A stretch of 64,000 bases of DNA from Fervidobacterium sp. (GCA_049970055.1 JBMFNR010000002.1:564406-628405), one strand, 5' to 3'; counted from the first letter of the stretch, positions 49,849 through 60,281 are shown. A program made the numbers and translations. The notes: generated by a model from the sequence alone, not told the origin.

Positions 49849-50639
49849 TAATTTTCTATTTTCATGTTCTCAATTTCTCTTAATAACTTTTTTAGTGATT
49901 GGAGATCATTGATAAGATCATCTATAGAAGAAAACGCGTATAGTATTTTTGACATGGAGTTTCTGTCTATAGTTTCAAATAGTTTTTCAAGTGATGATAT
50001 TTTATCTTTTGCGTATTTATAAATTAAATCAACTTTTTTTGTCAGTACTTGATTCAGAGTTGTTATCTCGTCCATTAACCTATGAACTTCCTCGAGGCTG
50101 ACTTGCGAGATATCGAATATAAATATAAAAGGTTGTGGCATTGAATAGGTTATTTTTGTTTTTTCCGAAAATTTCTTTAACTCTAAGAATATTGTCATTT
50201 GAAGTAAAATTTCAAATCTTTTATCCTGAAAATAATCGGCATTGTTTAGTACATATTGGCTACAGAGCGAAACCAAAAATTCAAGGTTATTCGGAGTATT
50301 TTCAATTCTCAGCAAATATTGCCCAGAAAACGCCATTTGGTACATCTGTCTCAGTGAGATTGCATTTGAAATACTGAACATTTTAAACGTTTCCGGTGTT
50401 TGTTCAATAAGAGAGTCAGTTAGTACTTCTGGTAGATTTTCGTCGTCAAATTCAACAAATGTTAAAACTATTCCGTTAATGATTTCAATACCTGAATTCT
50501 TTGGTGTTAAACCTAGCAAGTTAATTGTACTCATAGAGTGCAAGTCAATGTACTTTTTGCCGTTTATATCAATTATCGCAGGTGCGTAATAGTCTATCAA
50601 CTCGTTGAATGAAAAATTTGGATCAAAATATACCTTCAT
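49848..50639 (-). CDS. Hypothetical protein translationally coupled to flhB
   Basis: 263-aa ORF, ATGA overlap with the flhB stop. Confidence 0.75.
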   Translation of the reverse strand: MKVYFDPNFSFNELIDYYAPAIIDINGKKYIDLHSMSTINLLGLTPKNSGIEIINGIVLTFVEFDDENLPEVLTDSLIEQTPETFKMFSISNAISLRQMYQMAFSGQYLLRIENTPNNLEFLVSLCSQYVLNNADYFQDKRFEILLQMTIFLELKKFSEKTKITYSMPQPFIFIFDISQVSLEEVHRLMDEITTLNQVLTKKVDLIYKYAKDKISSLEKLFETIDRNSMSKILYAFSSIDDLINDLQSLKKLLREIENMKIEN

Positions 50640-51778
50640 GTTATTCTTCTCTCCCTCAGCGTATACACATAAGCCAGAACTTCAGCTACGGCTTTATAAA
50701 GTTTCTCAGGGATGATATCCCCAATTTCTGTGGAATAAAATATCTCCCGCGCTAATTTTGGGTTTCTTACAACTGGCACATCGTTTTCTCGTGCTATTTC
50801 TATTATTCTTAATGCTACTCTATCGGCACCTTTCGCAATTAGCTTCGGAGCAAAATCTTCATCAGGATCATATTTAAGTGCACACGCAAAGTGCGTCGGG
50901 TTTGTGATAACAACACTTGCTTTCGGTACTTCTTGAATCATCCTTCGCATAGCGTATTGCATCATTATCTGTCTTTGTCTTCTTTTTACCTCGGGATTAC
51001 CTTCTATTTCTTTAAATTCTTCCTTTACTTCTTGTTTAGTCATCTTTATACTTTGTTCGTATTCGTATCGTGAATAGTAGTAGTCTGCGATGGAGACAAT
51101 TATTAAAGCAATTGCGCATTTTATAATTAATTCTGAGAAAACACTCCACAATATTAAAGTACCATCCAACAAATTACTATCAACGGTAATCATTATCTTA
51201 TTATAATTGCTTTTTAAAACACTGTAACCAACAAATCCTATAATAGCAAGTTTTATAATCGCTTTCGTTAGTTCAAACAGAGACCGTAATGAAAACATTC
51301 TCTTCAATCCGGAAATAGGATTAAGTCGATTCAAATCAGGCTTGAGTGGTTTAAAAGTAAATAAAAATCTTGTTTGAATTAAGCCCATAACCAATGAGAA
51401 CAGAGAAGTACCAATCACAATAATGGATAATGATAAAAACGGAGCTTTGAATGTCTGACCAGCGTAAATCAAAAAATCCTCCAAGGTCCTGATCTGCGTA
51501 TCCGAAATTTCGAAGACATTTTGCGTACTTGAAATAAGAGTATCTATGAGGCTTTTGCCAAGGAAAAGGAATATCACAGATGCGAAGAGAAAAGTAATTC
51601 CAGAGATAAGTTCTCTTGAGATCGGTACTTGTCCCTCTTCGCGCGCTTTTTGACGTTTGCGTGGTGTTGCTTTCTCTGTCTTATCAGGATCAGCGAAAAG
51701 TTGTATGTTGATTCTCAAAATTGTATCTTCGGCAAGGCTTTTTGATGCTGTTAGAAACAAAAAATGCAAAAAAACCAA
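50636..51778 (-). CDS. flhB: Flagellar export protein FlhB
   Basis: KTEKATPRK..AREEGQ, KMTKQEVKEE, EGNP, NPTH autocleavage site. Confidence 0.97.
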   Translation of the reverse strand: MVFLHFLFLTASKSLAEDTILRINIQLFADPDKTEKATPRKRQKAREEGQVPISRELISGITFLFASVIFLFLGKSLIDTLISSTQNVFEISDTQIRTLEDFLIYAGQTFKAPFLSLSIIVIGTSLFSLVMGLIQTRFLFTFKPLKPDLNRLNPISGLKRMFSLRSLFELTKAIIKLAIIGFVGYSVLKSNYNKIMITVDSNLLDGTLILWSVFSELIIKCAIALIIVSIADYYYSRYEYEQSIKMTKQEVKEEFKEIEGNPEVKRRQRQIMMQYAMRRMIQEVPKASVVITNPTHFACALKYDPDEDFAPKLIAKGADRVALRIIEIARENDVPVVRNPKLAREIFYSTEIGDIIPEKLYKAVAEVLAYVYTLRERRIT

Positions 51779-51806
51779 GGGATTACCTCCCTTTATCGGA
51801 TATAGA

Positions 51807-52577
51807 CTACTTTGAAATCAATAGATCTATGTATGGTCCTAGCTTGTCAACCATTTTGGTAATAAGCTCTACCCAAACAGGTATCATACCTATCATAACC
51901 AAGAACATTATCATCGTACTTGCCGGCATTGCAACCATAAAAACATTCATCTGCGGTACTAATCTGGAGAGTAAGCCGAAAAGTACGTTTATTAAAAACA
52001 TCAGACCAATAAGTGGAAGGGCGATTTGTAACGCAAAGATAAAAGCATCCATGAAAAGTTGAAAGTATTGTTGGTATATATCTTTGAAAGATATGTTAGT
52101 CAAAATTAACGGAAACTTATCAATAGATTTTATCACACTTTCATAAATTAACAGATGTCCTTTTAGTGAAACAAAGACATACACAGATAGAAGGTAAACA
52201 AATTCACTTGTTAGTGGTGATTCTTCCATCGTTGGGTCAAGTGAACCACTGACGTTAAATCCAGCTTGCATGCCAAAGATTTCGCTTCCTATGTAAACTG
52301 CGCTAACAATCGTATAGGCCATTAAACCGATTAAAAAGCCAATGAAAAAGTTAAATGCGATTGAGCCAACTAATGTTGATAAAGGCAGTGTAATTGGTAC
52401 CATAACGCTTACGATTGGCAACGTTACGTAGCTGAGAGCTATGAGTAATACGATCATGATTTCCAAAGGAAGTGAAAAGCCCGCGAACATGGGCGCTATA
52501 ACCATCATACCGGTAAGTCTTGACATGATAAGTCCCCAACTGAGTGCGTAACGCTGAATTAACGCATATAAATCCAT
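51807..52577 (-). CDS. fliR: Flagellar export protein FliR
   Basis: GMQAGF, GH, IALP, SRLVPQMNVF. Confidence 0.94.
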   Translation of the reverse strand: MDLYALIQRYALSWGLIMSRLTGMMVIAPMFAGFSLPLEIMIVLLIALSYVTLPIVSVMVPITLPLSTLVGSIAFNFFIGFLIGLMAYTIVSAVYIGSEIFGMQAGFNVSGSLDPTMEESPLTSEFVYLLSVYVFVSLKGHLLIYESVIKSIDKFPLILTNISFKDIYQQYFQLFMDAFIFALQIALPLIGLMFLINVLFGLLSRLVPQMNVFMVAMPASTMIMFLVMIGMIPVWVELITKMVDKLGPYIDLLISK

Positions 52578-52590
52578 CGTCCACCTCGAG

Positions 52591-53490
52591 TTATAGTGAG
52601 TTACCGATAGTGTTTTTGCCTAACGTATGGTAGTTATATAAATATTTGTTATTTGGTTTATCATTGTAGTAGGGCCTTGTACAATATGTACACCCGGATG
52701 TTAAAAATGCGTTTTGTAAATCAGATACATTATCGTAACGCAAACTGGAGATGTAACCAGATTCATCGAAAGTTATTCGAGGTGAGATATTTTTTTCAAA
52801 CATAAGGTATCTTAAAATTTGTATCTTCCTGTATCTTTCAAGTGTCGGTGGGCTCTCATTTTCAGTTTTTGTGCCTTTAACCGGTGTAAATGAAAAAAGT
52901 GCTATTTGTACGTTTAATTCTTTCATCTTAGAAAATATTTCGTAAATCTCCATATCTGTTTCTCCGAGACCTACAATTATGTGGGTTGTGATTCTCCCGT
53001 TGTATTTTTTTGCTCCATACTCGATTAACTCAAGAGTGTATTCCAGTGGCCATCCCCTGTATAAGGTGTGTAGTTTGCCGCTCGCAACATCGATAGCAAT
53101 ACCTAATTGGTCGATTCCTGAATTCATAAACAAATCAAGTTCGTCTTTATTTGCAACGCGTGTGGAAAGAGAAATTAGTACTTCTTTATCATTCTGCCTT
53201 ATGCTTTCAACGATTTTCAGTACATCAGCTCTGTAACCTTTGTAATTCACAGTTTGAATGCAAAACCTTTTAAAAAGCTTTGTATTTCTCATTACATCTT
53301 CTATATCTACTTGTTTCCAGCTGATTCTTGACAAATATGAAGAATCAGCGTTGGAGCTTCTTGCATGTGTACAATAAGCGCAATCATATAAACAATTTCC
53401 ATCGAGCATTAAATAACCCGTAGGCATTTCGTATGGTATTTTCTGACCATTAAGAAGTTTCCAAGTCCAGAATGATGCTCTCAGTATCAT
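52591..53490 (-). CDS. Radical SAM protein, biotin-synthase-related, LipS2-like
   Basis: CLYDCAYC; LSRISW; HIIVGLGET; FTPVKGT; C-terminal TSGCTYCTRP. Confidence 0.8.
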   Translation of the reverse strand: MILRASFWTWKLLNGQKIPYEMPTGYLMLDGNCLYDCAYCTHARSSNADSSYLSRISWKQVDIEDVMRNTKLFKRFCIQTVNYKGYRADVLKIVESIRQNDKEVLISLSTRVANKDELDLFMNSGIDQLGIAIDVASGKLHTLYRGWPLEYTLELIEYGAKKYNGRITTHIIVGLGETDMEIYEIFSKMKELNVQIALFSFTPVKGTKTENESPPTLERYRKIQILRYLMFEKNISPRITFDESGYISSLRYDNVSDLQNAFLTSGCTYCTRPYYNDKPNNKYLYNYHTLGKNTIGNSL

Positions 53491-55289
53491 TATGCTATAC
53501 CTTCCTTTGCAAATTGAATCTCGTACAGTTTATAATACGCACCTTTTTGCTTGAGAAGTTCTAAATGTTTACCTTCTTCTGCTATCTGACCGTCGGCAAC
53601 GACAATTATTCTATCCGCTTCGACAACAGTTGAAAGGCGGTGTGCTATCATGATTACAGTATTTTCCTTCGAAAGCTCTCTAACAGCTTGTTGAATTCTA
53701 TGCTCGGTCTCAACGTCTATGTTACTCGTAGCTTCATCCAAGATAAATATCTTAGCGCCGAAAAGCACAGAACGTGCAAGCGCTATAAGTTGCCTTTCCC
53801 CAGCAGATATACCTTTTCCACGTTCAACGATTTCCGTGTAGATGCCATTGGGCAATCTTTGGATGATATCAAGTGCTCGCACCTTTTCAAGTGCACTATA
53901 AACCTGTGCTTCGGAAAATTCTTCGTGAAAAAGCCTTATATTATCAAGTAATGTTCCACTAAAAAGAACAACATCCTGAGGAACGGCAGACACGTGTTTT
54001 CTAAGCATTTGTAAGTCATAATTTTCCAAAGGTACACCATCTATGAGAATATTACCTTTCTGGGGTCTGTACATACCATTAATTAAATTCATAATTGTTG
54101 TTTTCCCTGCACCAGTTTCACCAACTATAGCAACAAGCTCACCAGGGTGAAATTTAAGATCTACGCCTTTGAGTATCCAACGTTTGTTATCGTATGAAAA
54201 CCAAACATCTTTAAATTCTACATTCCCGGCTTCTATTTCATTTTTACCACCTTTGTTATTCTCTTCTTCTGTTGGTTCATCGAGGAGTGCGAATATTTTT
54301 TCGGCACTTGCTGTCGTATTTTGGATGATATCGTATTTTTCTGAAAGATCTTCAATGGGTCTCATGAAGGTATCAATGTAAGAAACAAACGCAAAAAGAT
54401 CGCCAAAATTCAGTATCTTTCCTATGATATATTTGGAACCGAACCAAATAATTAGTGACATTGTTAGATAATACAAGAAGTTTATCAGAGGTCTAAATAT
54501 TCCAAAAACATAAAGTTGATTCATCCTAGCTTTGTAAAGTTCTCTATTTATCTTATCGAATTCATCTCTTTTAAATTCTTCCGCATTGAAAAGTTTTGTT
54601 ACAGGCATTCCAGCAAGATTTTCTGCGATATACGCGTTGATTTTAGCTATTCCTGTTCGGACTGCTCTGTAAGCGCGTATGTCAAAGTATCTGAAAACAG
54701 CCATTGCGATAACTATTAAAGGAAAAATGTAAGCAATGTCCAAGAATAACCTAGAACTTATACTCCACAACATGAAAATTACACCGGCAAGTAGAAAAGT
54801 ATCGTTCACAATACTTGTGATAACAGATGTAAAAAATTCCTGCAGGTTTTGTGTATCACTTGTTATTCGCGTTGTAATTTGACCACTTGGGTGTTTGTCG
54901 AAAAATGACATAGGCAATCTCAAAACGTGGTCATATAACTGTTTTCTCACATCGTAAACAACTTTTCCTCCGATGTATGTTGTTACCAGAATAGAGAGGT
55001 ACTCAAATAAAAATATTCCCCCGGAAACTGCCAAAAACAAAATAGCTTGTCTTGAAATACCGACAAGTCTCTCCGTGGTGGAAAGATTTTGAGACAAAAT
55101 GTATGTATTTATGGCTTTACGAACAATTTGTGGTGGCATAAGTGTGAGATATGTTAGTGCTAAGACGATTATTATGGCAAGAACCATCAAATGAAAGTAT
55201 GGAAGAGAATATTTCAATAAACGGAAAAAGACATTCCTTTTCCTTTGATTGGTTTTATCTCTACTTGTTTCAGAGTCTCTGAATTCCAA
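53490..55289 (-). CDS. ABC exporter, fused permease/ATPase
   Basis: ~6 TM + GETGAGKT, ISAGERQ, ILDEATS, AHRLST. Confidence 0.94.
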   Translation of the reverse strand: MEFRDSETSRDKTNQRKRNVFFRLLKYSLPYFHLMVLAIIIVLALTYLTLMPPQIVRKAINTYILSQNLSTTERLVGISRQAILFLAVSGGIFLFEYLSILVTTYIGGKVVYDVRKQLYDHVLRLPMSFFDKHPSGQITTRITSDTQNLQEFFTSVITSIVNDTFLLAGVIFMLWSISSRLFLDIAYIFPLIVIAMAVFRYFDIRAYRAVRTGIAKINAYIAENLAGMPVTKLFNAEEFKRDEFDKINRELYKARMNQLYVFGIFRPLINFLYYLTMSLIIWFGSKYIIGKILNFGDLFAFVSYIDTFMRPIEDLSEKYDIIQNTTASAEKIFALLDEPTEEENNKGGKNEIEAGNVEFKDVWFSYDNKRWILKGVDLKFHPGELVAIVGETGAGKTTIMNLINGMYRPQKGNILIDGVPLENYDLQMLRKHVSAVPQDVVLFSGTLLDNIRLFHEEFSEAQVYSALEKVRALDIIQRLPNGIYTEIVERGKGISAGERQLIALARSVLFGAKIFILDEATSNIDVETEHRIQQAVRELSKENTVIMIAHRLSTVVEADRIIVVADGQIAEEGKHLELLKQKGAYYKLYEIQFAKEGIA

Positions 55290-55312
55290 GAGTGTTCACC
55301 CCTTTTTAACCT

Positions 55313-57634
55313 TTATTCTTCAAATTCAATTTTGCCACTCACCTTGGATTTATAACATCTCTTATCAGCCAACTTGATCACTTTGTTAATATCACCTTCG
55401 CTTGGATAAAGTGCAACACCTGTTGAAAATGTAATTCCAGTAAGGGATTCTAAGCATTCCAAAATTCTCTTAACTATTCGCTCTATAATTTCTTTATTTA
55501 TCGTATCAAGAATTATTATAAACTCATCTCCACCGTAGCGGAACGCAAGATCTGATTTTCGTATATTCATGTTTATACATTTGCCAATTTTTCTCAGCAC
55601 TTCATCACCTTTTTCGTGACCGTATATATCGTTGATCATTTTAAATTTATTTAAATCTATGAACGCAACTGAGAAAGTTGTTAAAGGAATGTTGCCGATA
55701 AATTCTTCAAAAGCCCTACGCGTCTTTAATCCTGTTAGCAGATCAATCTCGGCTTTTTCCTTTATTGCTTCAAAGAATCGACGATTTTCAAGTACAAACG
55801 TCATCTGATGTGCAAGATCTTTTAAGACACTAAGTTGGTAATCGCTAACGGGTTTTAAGTCAAAATTGTTATCAGCGAACAACAGTCCGAGGATATTTTC
55901 ACCACTTCTTATGCTAATTATTGCAAACTCTTTGCGTACGTCAAACACCTCGCAAATTTCTGGAAGTTCTTCTTTTGAAACAACGTGTGGTTCCCCATCT
56001 ATGTATTTCTCCACATACTTTACGTCTATTGTTTTACCAGTATAAAGAAGTTCTAGTGCAGATTTAAAATCTTTTGATACAGTTTCGAGGAAGTCTTTCA
56101 TATTCAACTCTATATCTTCGATAGCTTCCCAAATGTTATGAGCTTCTTCGATGGTTCTTGGTCCGATAGCTTTTTGAAATATGAACTTACCGTTTGAATA
56201 ATAAAAGAACATTGCTCTATTGAAAGAACCTGAATATCCTGCGGTTATCCCTGTTAAAAACGCATACAAAATTGTATTGATATTTGCATCAGGTTTTAAA
56301 GCATATTCTATTATTAATCTCGAGTTTATAAAACTTTGAGCGAGCCTTGTTGCTTCATAATGAATATCGAAAAATTTTTGAGCGATCTCATACTTTAAAT
56401 TTCTTATCAAATAAAAAGACACTTCTTTTTGGTGTAACTTAAGTAAATCGTAATCAAGTACCAAGGAATCTGAACTATTGTAAATAACAGCCTTTTGTGA
56501 TTTTACATCATCAACAACATAAATTTTCTTTATTTCTGAAGCCATTGACTTATCAGAGATCCTCCAAAGCCTGTATAGATTTTCTGGTACCATCTCCGGA
56601 TCAAAATGTACGTACAGATCCACGTTGTATGTTATATTATATTTCAAAAGTTCGCTGAGTAAATAAGATAGATAACTATCAAGATATGCTATTTTTATAC
56701 GCCTTTTAAATTCGTCCCAATGTACAACCCTAACTATAAGTTGCTTAGCAATCCATTCGAGAAATTTCTGATCTCTCTCATCGAATGGTGCGATATAGTG
56801 ACTATCTATATCGATCTCACCAAATACACTTCCATCACGTTTGAAAATGGGAACGACGATTTCACTTTTTACGTGTGGGCTACAAGATAGATAATTTGTT
56901 TCCAACGACACATCTTGGATTATGAATGTGTGTTTTGTTTCAGCTGCCTGACCGCATATACCTTTTCCAACAGGAATTCTCACGTGCTCCGTCGGTTCGC
57001 CAATGTATGGACCGAGCACAAGCATTCCCTCATTATCCATCAAATAAAAGCCTGTCCAATTATAATAGGGCACATGCTTGTCAAGTAATTGGCAAATTGT
57101 TTCAAGTAAATTCTCATTTTTTGCTGTAATAATTTTATCTTTGAGAAATTCAAAGATTTCAGACTTGTCGTAATAGTCACCCTCAAGTTCATCGTGTCGA
57201 AAGTGTACAACTGATTGATAAACAGCGTCGGCGAGTTTATCAATCTTTCCTTTTTTCCAAAGCGAAAATACATCGAATACTATCACTTTTTCGCTTTTTC
57301 CATCGACAACAACCCAATCCTTTTCACCAATTCCAACGATTAGATAAATAACAAAATCTTCTCTTGAAAGTTGAAAATCACGGGAACTTTTTCTGATTCT
57401 TATCGTTAACTCATCTTTTATCTTTTCCTTATTCTCATCGTACCAATGTGAAAGCTCGGTTAAATCGTTTCTATTCAATTGGTTCAACTTTTCATAAAAA
57501 CCGGGAAACTTGTAGGCATAATGTTCCGTTATGGGTTTGTAAGGGAGCTTTTTCCAAAATTCTTCCCATTTGGACTTTTCGTATGTCAAAATTTCCAAAA
57601 AATCTCCTATGTGGTTTTCCACCAAACTTCTCAT
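55313..57634 (-). CDS. Diguanylate cyclase with two GAF domains
   Basis: DLLTGL, DLNKFKMINDIYGHEKGD, RKSD I-site, RYGGDEF; first GAF resembles fRMsr/MsrC. Confidence 0.9.
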   Translation of the reverse strand: MRSLVENHIGDFLEILTYEKSKWEEFWKKLPYKPITEHYAYKFPGFYEKLNQLNRNDLTELSHWYDENKEKIKDELTIRIRKSSRDFQLSREDFVIYLIVGIGEKDWVVVDGKSEKVIVFDVFSLWKKGKIDKLADAVYQSVVHFRHDELEGDYYDKSEIFEFLKDKIITAKNENLLETICQLLDKHVPYYNWTGFYLMDNEGMLVLGPYIGEPTEHVRIPVGKGICGQAAETKHTFIIQDVSLETNYLSCSPHVKSEIVVPIFKRDGSVFGEIDIDSHYIAPFDERDQKFLEWIAKQLIVRVVHWDEFKRRIKIAYLDSYLSYLLSELLKYNITYNVDLYVHFDPEMVPENLYRLWRISDKSMASEIKKIYVVDDVKSQKAVIYNSSDSLVLDYDLLKLHQKEVSFYLIRNLKYEIAQKFFDIHYEATRLAQSFINSRLIIEYALKPDANINTILYAFLTGITAGYSGSFNRAMFFYYSNGKFIFQKAIGPRTIEEAHNIWEAIEDIELNMKDFLETVSKDFKSALELLYTGKTIDVKYVEKYIDGEPHVVSKEELPEICEVFDVRKEFAIISIRSGENILGLLFADNNFDLKPVSDYQLSVLKDLAHQMTFVLENRRFFEAIKEKAEIDLLTGLKTRRAFEEFIGNIPLTTFSVAFIDLNKFKMINDIYGHEKGDEVLRKIGKCINMNIRKSDLAFRYGGDEFIIILDTINKEIIERIVKRILECLESLTGITFSTGVALYPSEGDINKVIKLADKRCYKSKVSGKIEFEE

Positions 57635-57671
57635 GTCTTTTCCCCCTTGAAATTATTGTCATCATTATTTT

Positions 57672-57908
57672 TTATTCTTTCGTTTGAATTATCCGCTCTT
57701 CCAACTTTTCAAATTTCATATCTTCAGTTACTTTTATTAGAAGAACTTTATTACTATAGCTAACTTCGAGCACATCTCCAGGTTTAACTTCGTAGCCTGG
57801 CTTTAAAGGTCTTCCATCTTTCCTAACAAGGCCTGCTTTTGAAACTTCTTGCGCGATTGTTCTTCGCTTAATTATCCTATTTTGCTTTAGAAACTTGTCT
57901 AACCGCAT
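57672..57908 (-). CDS. S4-domain RNA-binding protein (YabO/RqcP/Hsp15-like)
   Basis: MRLDKFLK..RIIKRRTIAQE...VKPGD. Confidence 0.88.
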   Translation of the reverse strand: MRLDKFLKQNRIIKRRTIAQEVSKAGLVRKDGRPLKPGYEVKPGDVLEVSYSNKVLLIKVTEDMKFEKLEERIIQTKE

Positions 57909-57986
57909 TGTATCACCCTTTGATATTATACCACAATTTTATTTATTCGCTATGCGAACTGTATTTGTTTTGTAAAACTTTATAAT

Positions 57987-58012
57987 AAAATCTCGGTCCA
58001 TTAGGACCGAGA
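57987..58012 (-). terminator. Terminator after gyrB
   Basis: TCTCGGTCC-N4-GGACCGAGA with T run on - strand. Confidence 0.8.
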
Positions 58013-58040
58013 AACTAATCTATGATTCGATCATTGGTGA

Positions 58041-59975
58041 TTAAACGTCCAAATCGACGAGACTCAATTGTCTTGCGTGTCTCATTATATATTCTTTTCT
58101 TTCTTCCGGGTCCTTTCCCATGAGTATTTCAAACAGACTATCCGCTTCCTCTGCATCTTCTATTCTGACCTTTACAATTTTCCTAGTCTTTGGATTCATT
58201 GTCGTTTCCCAAAGTTGTTCAGGGTTCATTTCACCAAGACCTTTGTATCGCTGTATCTCGTATTTTTTGTCTTTTACGCTTTCAAGCTTTTCCCTTAGCT
58301 CTTCGTTGGAGTATAGGTAAGCGGCTTTTTCACCGCTTACAGCTAACTTATAAAGTGGTGGCACAGCTATGTATATTCTTTCTTCTTCTATCAACTGTCT
58401 CATATATCTGTAAAAAAGAGCTAAGAGCAAAGTCCTTATATGCGCGCCATCAACATCTGCATCGGTCATTATAACTATCTTTCCGTACCTAAGCTTACTC
58501 GTATCGAAGCCTTCACCTATTCCTGCACCAATCGCCGTTATGATATCTCGTATCTGCTCGTTTTTGAGGAGTTTCAGTTCATTACTTTTTTCCACGTTTA
58601 ATATTTTACCTCGAAGTGGTAAAATGGCTTGAAAATTTCTATCTCTTGCTTGTTTAGCACTGCCGCCTGCGGAATCTCCTTCAACAATGAAAAGTTCTGC
58701 TTCTTCAATGTTTTTCGTGATACAATCTGCAAGTTTTCCAGGCAATGTTGAGGCGCCAAGAGGGCTTTTTCTCTTCACCGCTTCTCTCGCTCTTTTTGCT
58801 GCTTCTCTTGCTTCCCTTGCTTGCTGGGCCTTTTGAATTATAACTTTTAAAACCGTCTCGTTAACCTCGAAATAGTCAATTAATTTTTCTCTAACAACTT
58901 TTGCAACTGCTTCTTGAACTTCTTCATTTCCAAGTTTTGATTTTGTTTGTCCTTCGAATTGCGGTGTACCCATCATCAAAACATTGACTATTGCGGTCAT
59001 TCCTTCTCTTAGATCCTCACCTTTAAATGGTTCACCTTTAATTAAGTTTTTCTTTTTTCCAAGGTCATTAACAACTCTTGTAAATGCTGTTTTGAAGCCG
59101 GTAACGTGTGTACCACCATCTATAGTTTTTATGTTATTTACAAACGAAACGATGGTCTCCCCATCTTCATCAGTATACTGAAAAGCTACATGTACTTCAA
59201 TGTCCTGGTATGTACCATCTATGAGTACAGGTTCGTGTAGTGTTTTTGAACCTTTGCTCAAGTACCAGATAAACTCTTTTAGACCTCCTGAAAAGTGCAA
59301 TGTTTTTCTAATATCGTACCTCTCATCTACGAATTCTATGGTTACATTCGGATTCAAAAATGCAAGGTCTCTTAATCTTGCAAGTATGGTATCAGAATCG
59401 AATTCTGTAGTTGTAAATATTAATTTATCTGGTTTGAATCTTACTATTGTACCTCTCTTATTTGTTTCACCGATAACCTCTACCTCAGTTGTTTTTACGC
59501 CTCTTGAGTATTTTTGGTTGTAAATTTTACCATCTCTATGTACTTCGACTTCCATCCATTCAGAAAGAGCGTTGACAACGGAAGCGCCAACACCGTGCAA
59601 CCCACCACTAACTTTGTAGCTATTTTTTGAAAACTTTCCACCTGCATGAAGCGTTGTCATGACTACTTCAAGTGCACTTGTGCCCGTTTCCGGGTGTATA
59701 TCTACTGGAATACCTCTTCCATTATCCTCTACCTCGACTGAATCATCAGCTCTTATTGTAACTTTAATTATGTCACAAAAACCTTGTAATGCTTCATCTA
59801 TGCTATTATCTACAATTTCATAAACAAGGTGATGTAAACCGTTCTTTCCTGTTGAACCTATGTACATACCAGGTCTTTGCCTGACCGGTTCAAGCCCCTT
59901 TAAAACTTGTATATTATGAGCATTATAATCGTTATTGTTTAGCATGTTATCTGTTTTTTCTACCACCAAAATCAC
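58041..59975 (-). CDS. gyrB: DNA gyrase subunit B
   Basis: RPGMYIG, DNGRGIP, GGLHGVG, VEGDSAGG, PLRGK, TDADVDG, QRYKGLGEM; true start may be 59966 or 59945. Confidence 0.95.
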   Translation of the reverse strand: MILVVEKTDNMLNNNDYNAHNIQVLKGLEPVRQRPGMYIGSTGKNGLHHLVYEIVDNSIDEALQGFCDIIKVTIRADDSVEVEDNGRGIPVDIHPETGTSALEVVMTTLHAGGKFSKNSYKVSGGLHGVGASVVNALSEWMEVEVHRDGKIYNQKYSRGVKTTEVEVIGETNKRGTIVRFKPDKLIFTTTEFDSDTILARLRDLAFLNPNVTIEFVDERYDIRKTLHFSGGLKEFIWYLSKGSKTLHEPVLIDGTYQDIEVHVAFQYTDEDGETIVSFVNNIKTIDGGTHVTGFKTAFTRVVNDLGKKKNLIKGEPFKGEDLREGMTAIVNVLMMGTPQFEGQTKSKLGNEEVQEAVAKVVREKLIDYFEVNETVLKVIIQKAQQAREAREAAKRAREAVKRKSPLGASTLPGKLADCITKNIEEAELFIVEGDSAGGSAKQARDRNFQAILPLRGKILNVEKSNELKLLKNEQIRDIITAIGAGIGEGFDTSKLRYGKIVIMTDADVDGAHIRTLLLALFYRYMRQLIEEERIYIAVPPLYKLAVSGEKAAYLYSNEELREKLESVKDKKYEIQRYKGLGEMNPEQLWETTMNPKTRKIVKVRIEDAEEADSLFEILMGKDPEERKEYIMRHARQLSLVDLDV

Positions 59976-59993
59976 CTCCGAAGAATAAAAAAG

Positions 59994-60281
59994 CTATTGT
60001 GTGTTTATTGTAGTTATGTGTATATTTTCAATATCCATCTGAATCTTTGCTGTAATTTTCTTTTTTATCTGTCGTGTCATTTTTCTGAGTTCATTCGCCC
60101 AAATAAAATCATCGCATTCAACGTAAAGAATGCGGCCCTTGTAGTCGACAAACTTAACGTGTTTTGAAATACTACCAAGTATCTCTTCTGATTTTTCAGT
60201 GAGAGTGGAAAGAATATACAATTTTTCAAAAAACGGGTTGCTTTTTGAAAGGTCCTTTATAGCATTTTTTATAGTATACAT
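59994..60281 (-). CDS. DUF721/DciA-like protein
   Basis: ISKHVK..GRILYVECDDFIWANEL; immediately upstream of gyrB. Confidence 0.7.
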   Translation of the reverse strand: MYTIKNAIKDLSKSNPFFEKLYILSTLTEKSEEILGSISKHVKFVDYKGRILYVECDDFIWANELRKMTRQIKKKITAKIQMDIENIHITTINTQ

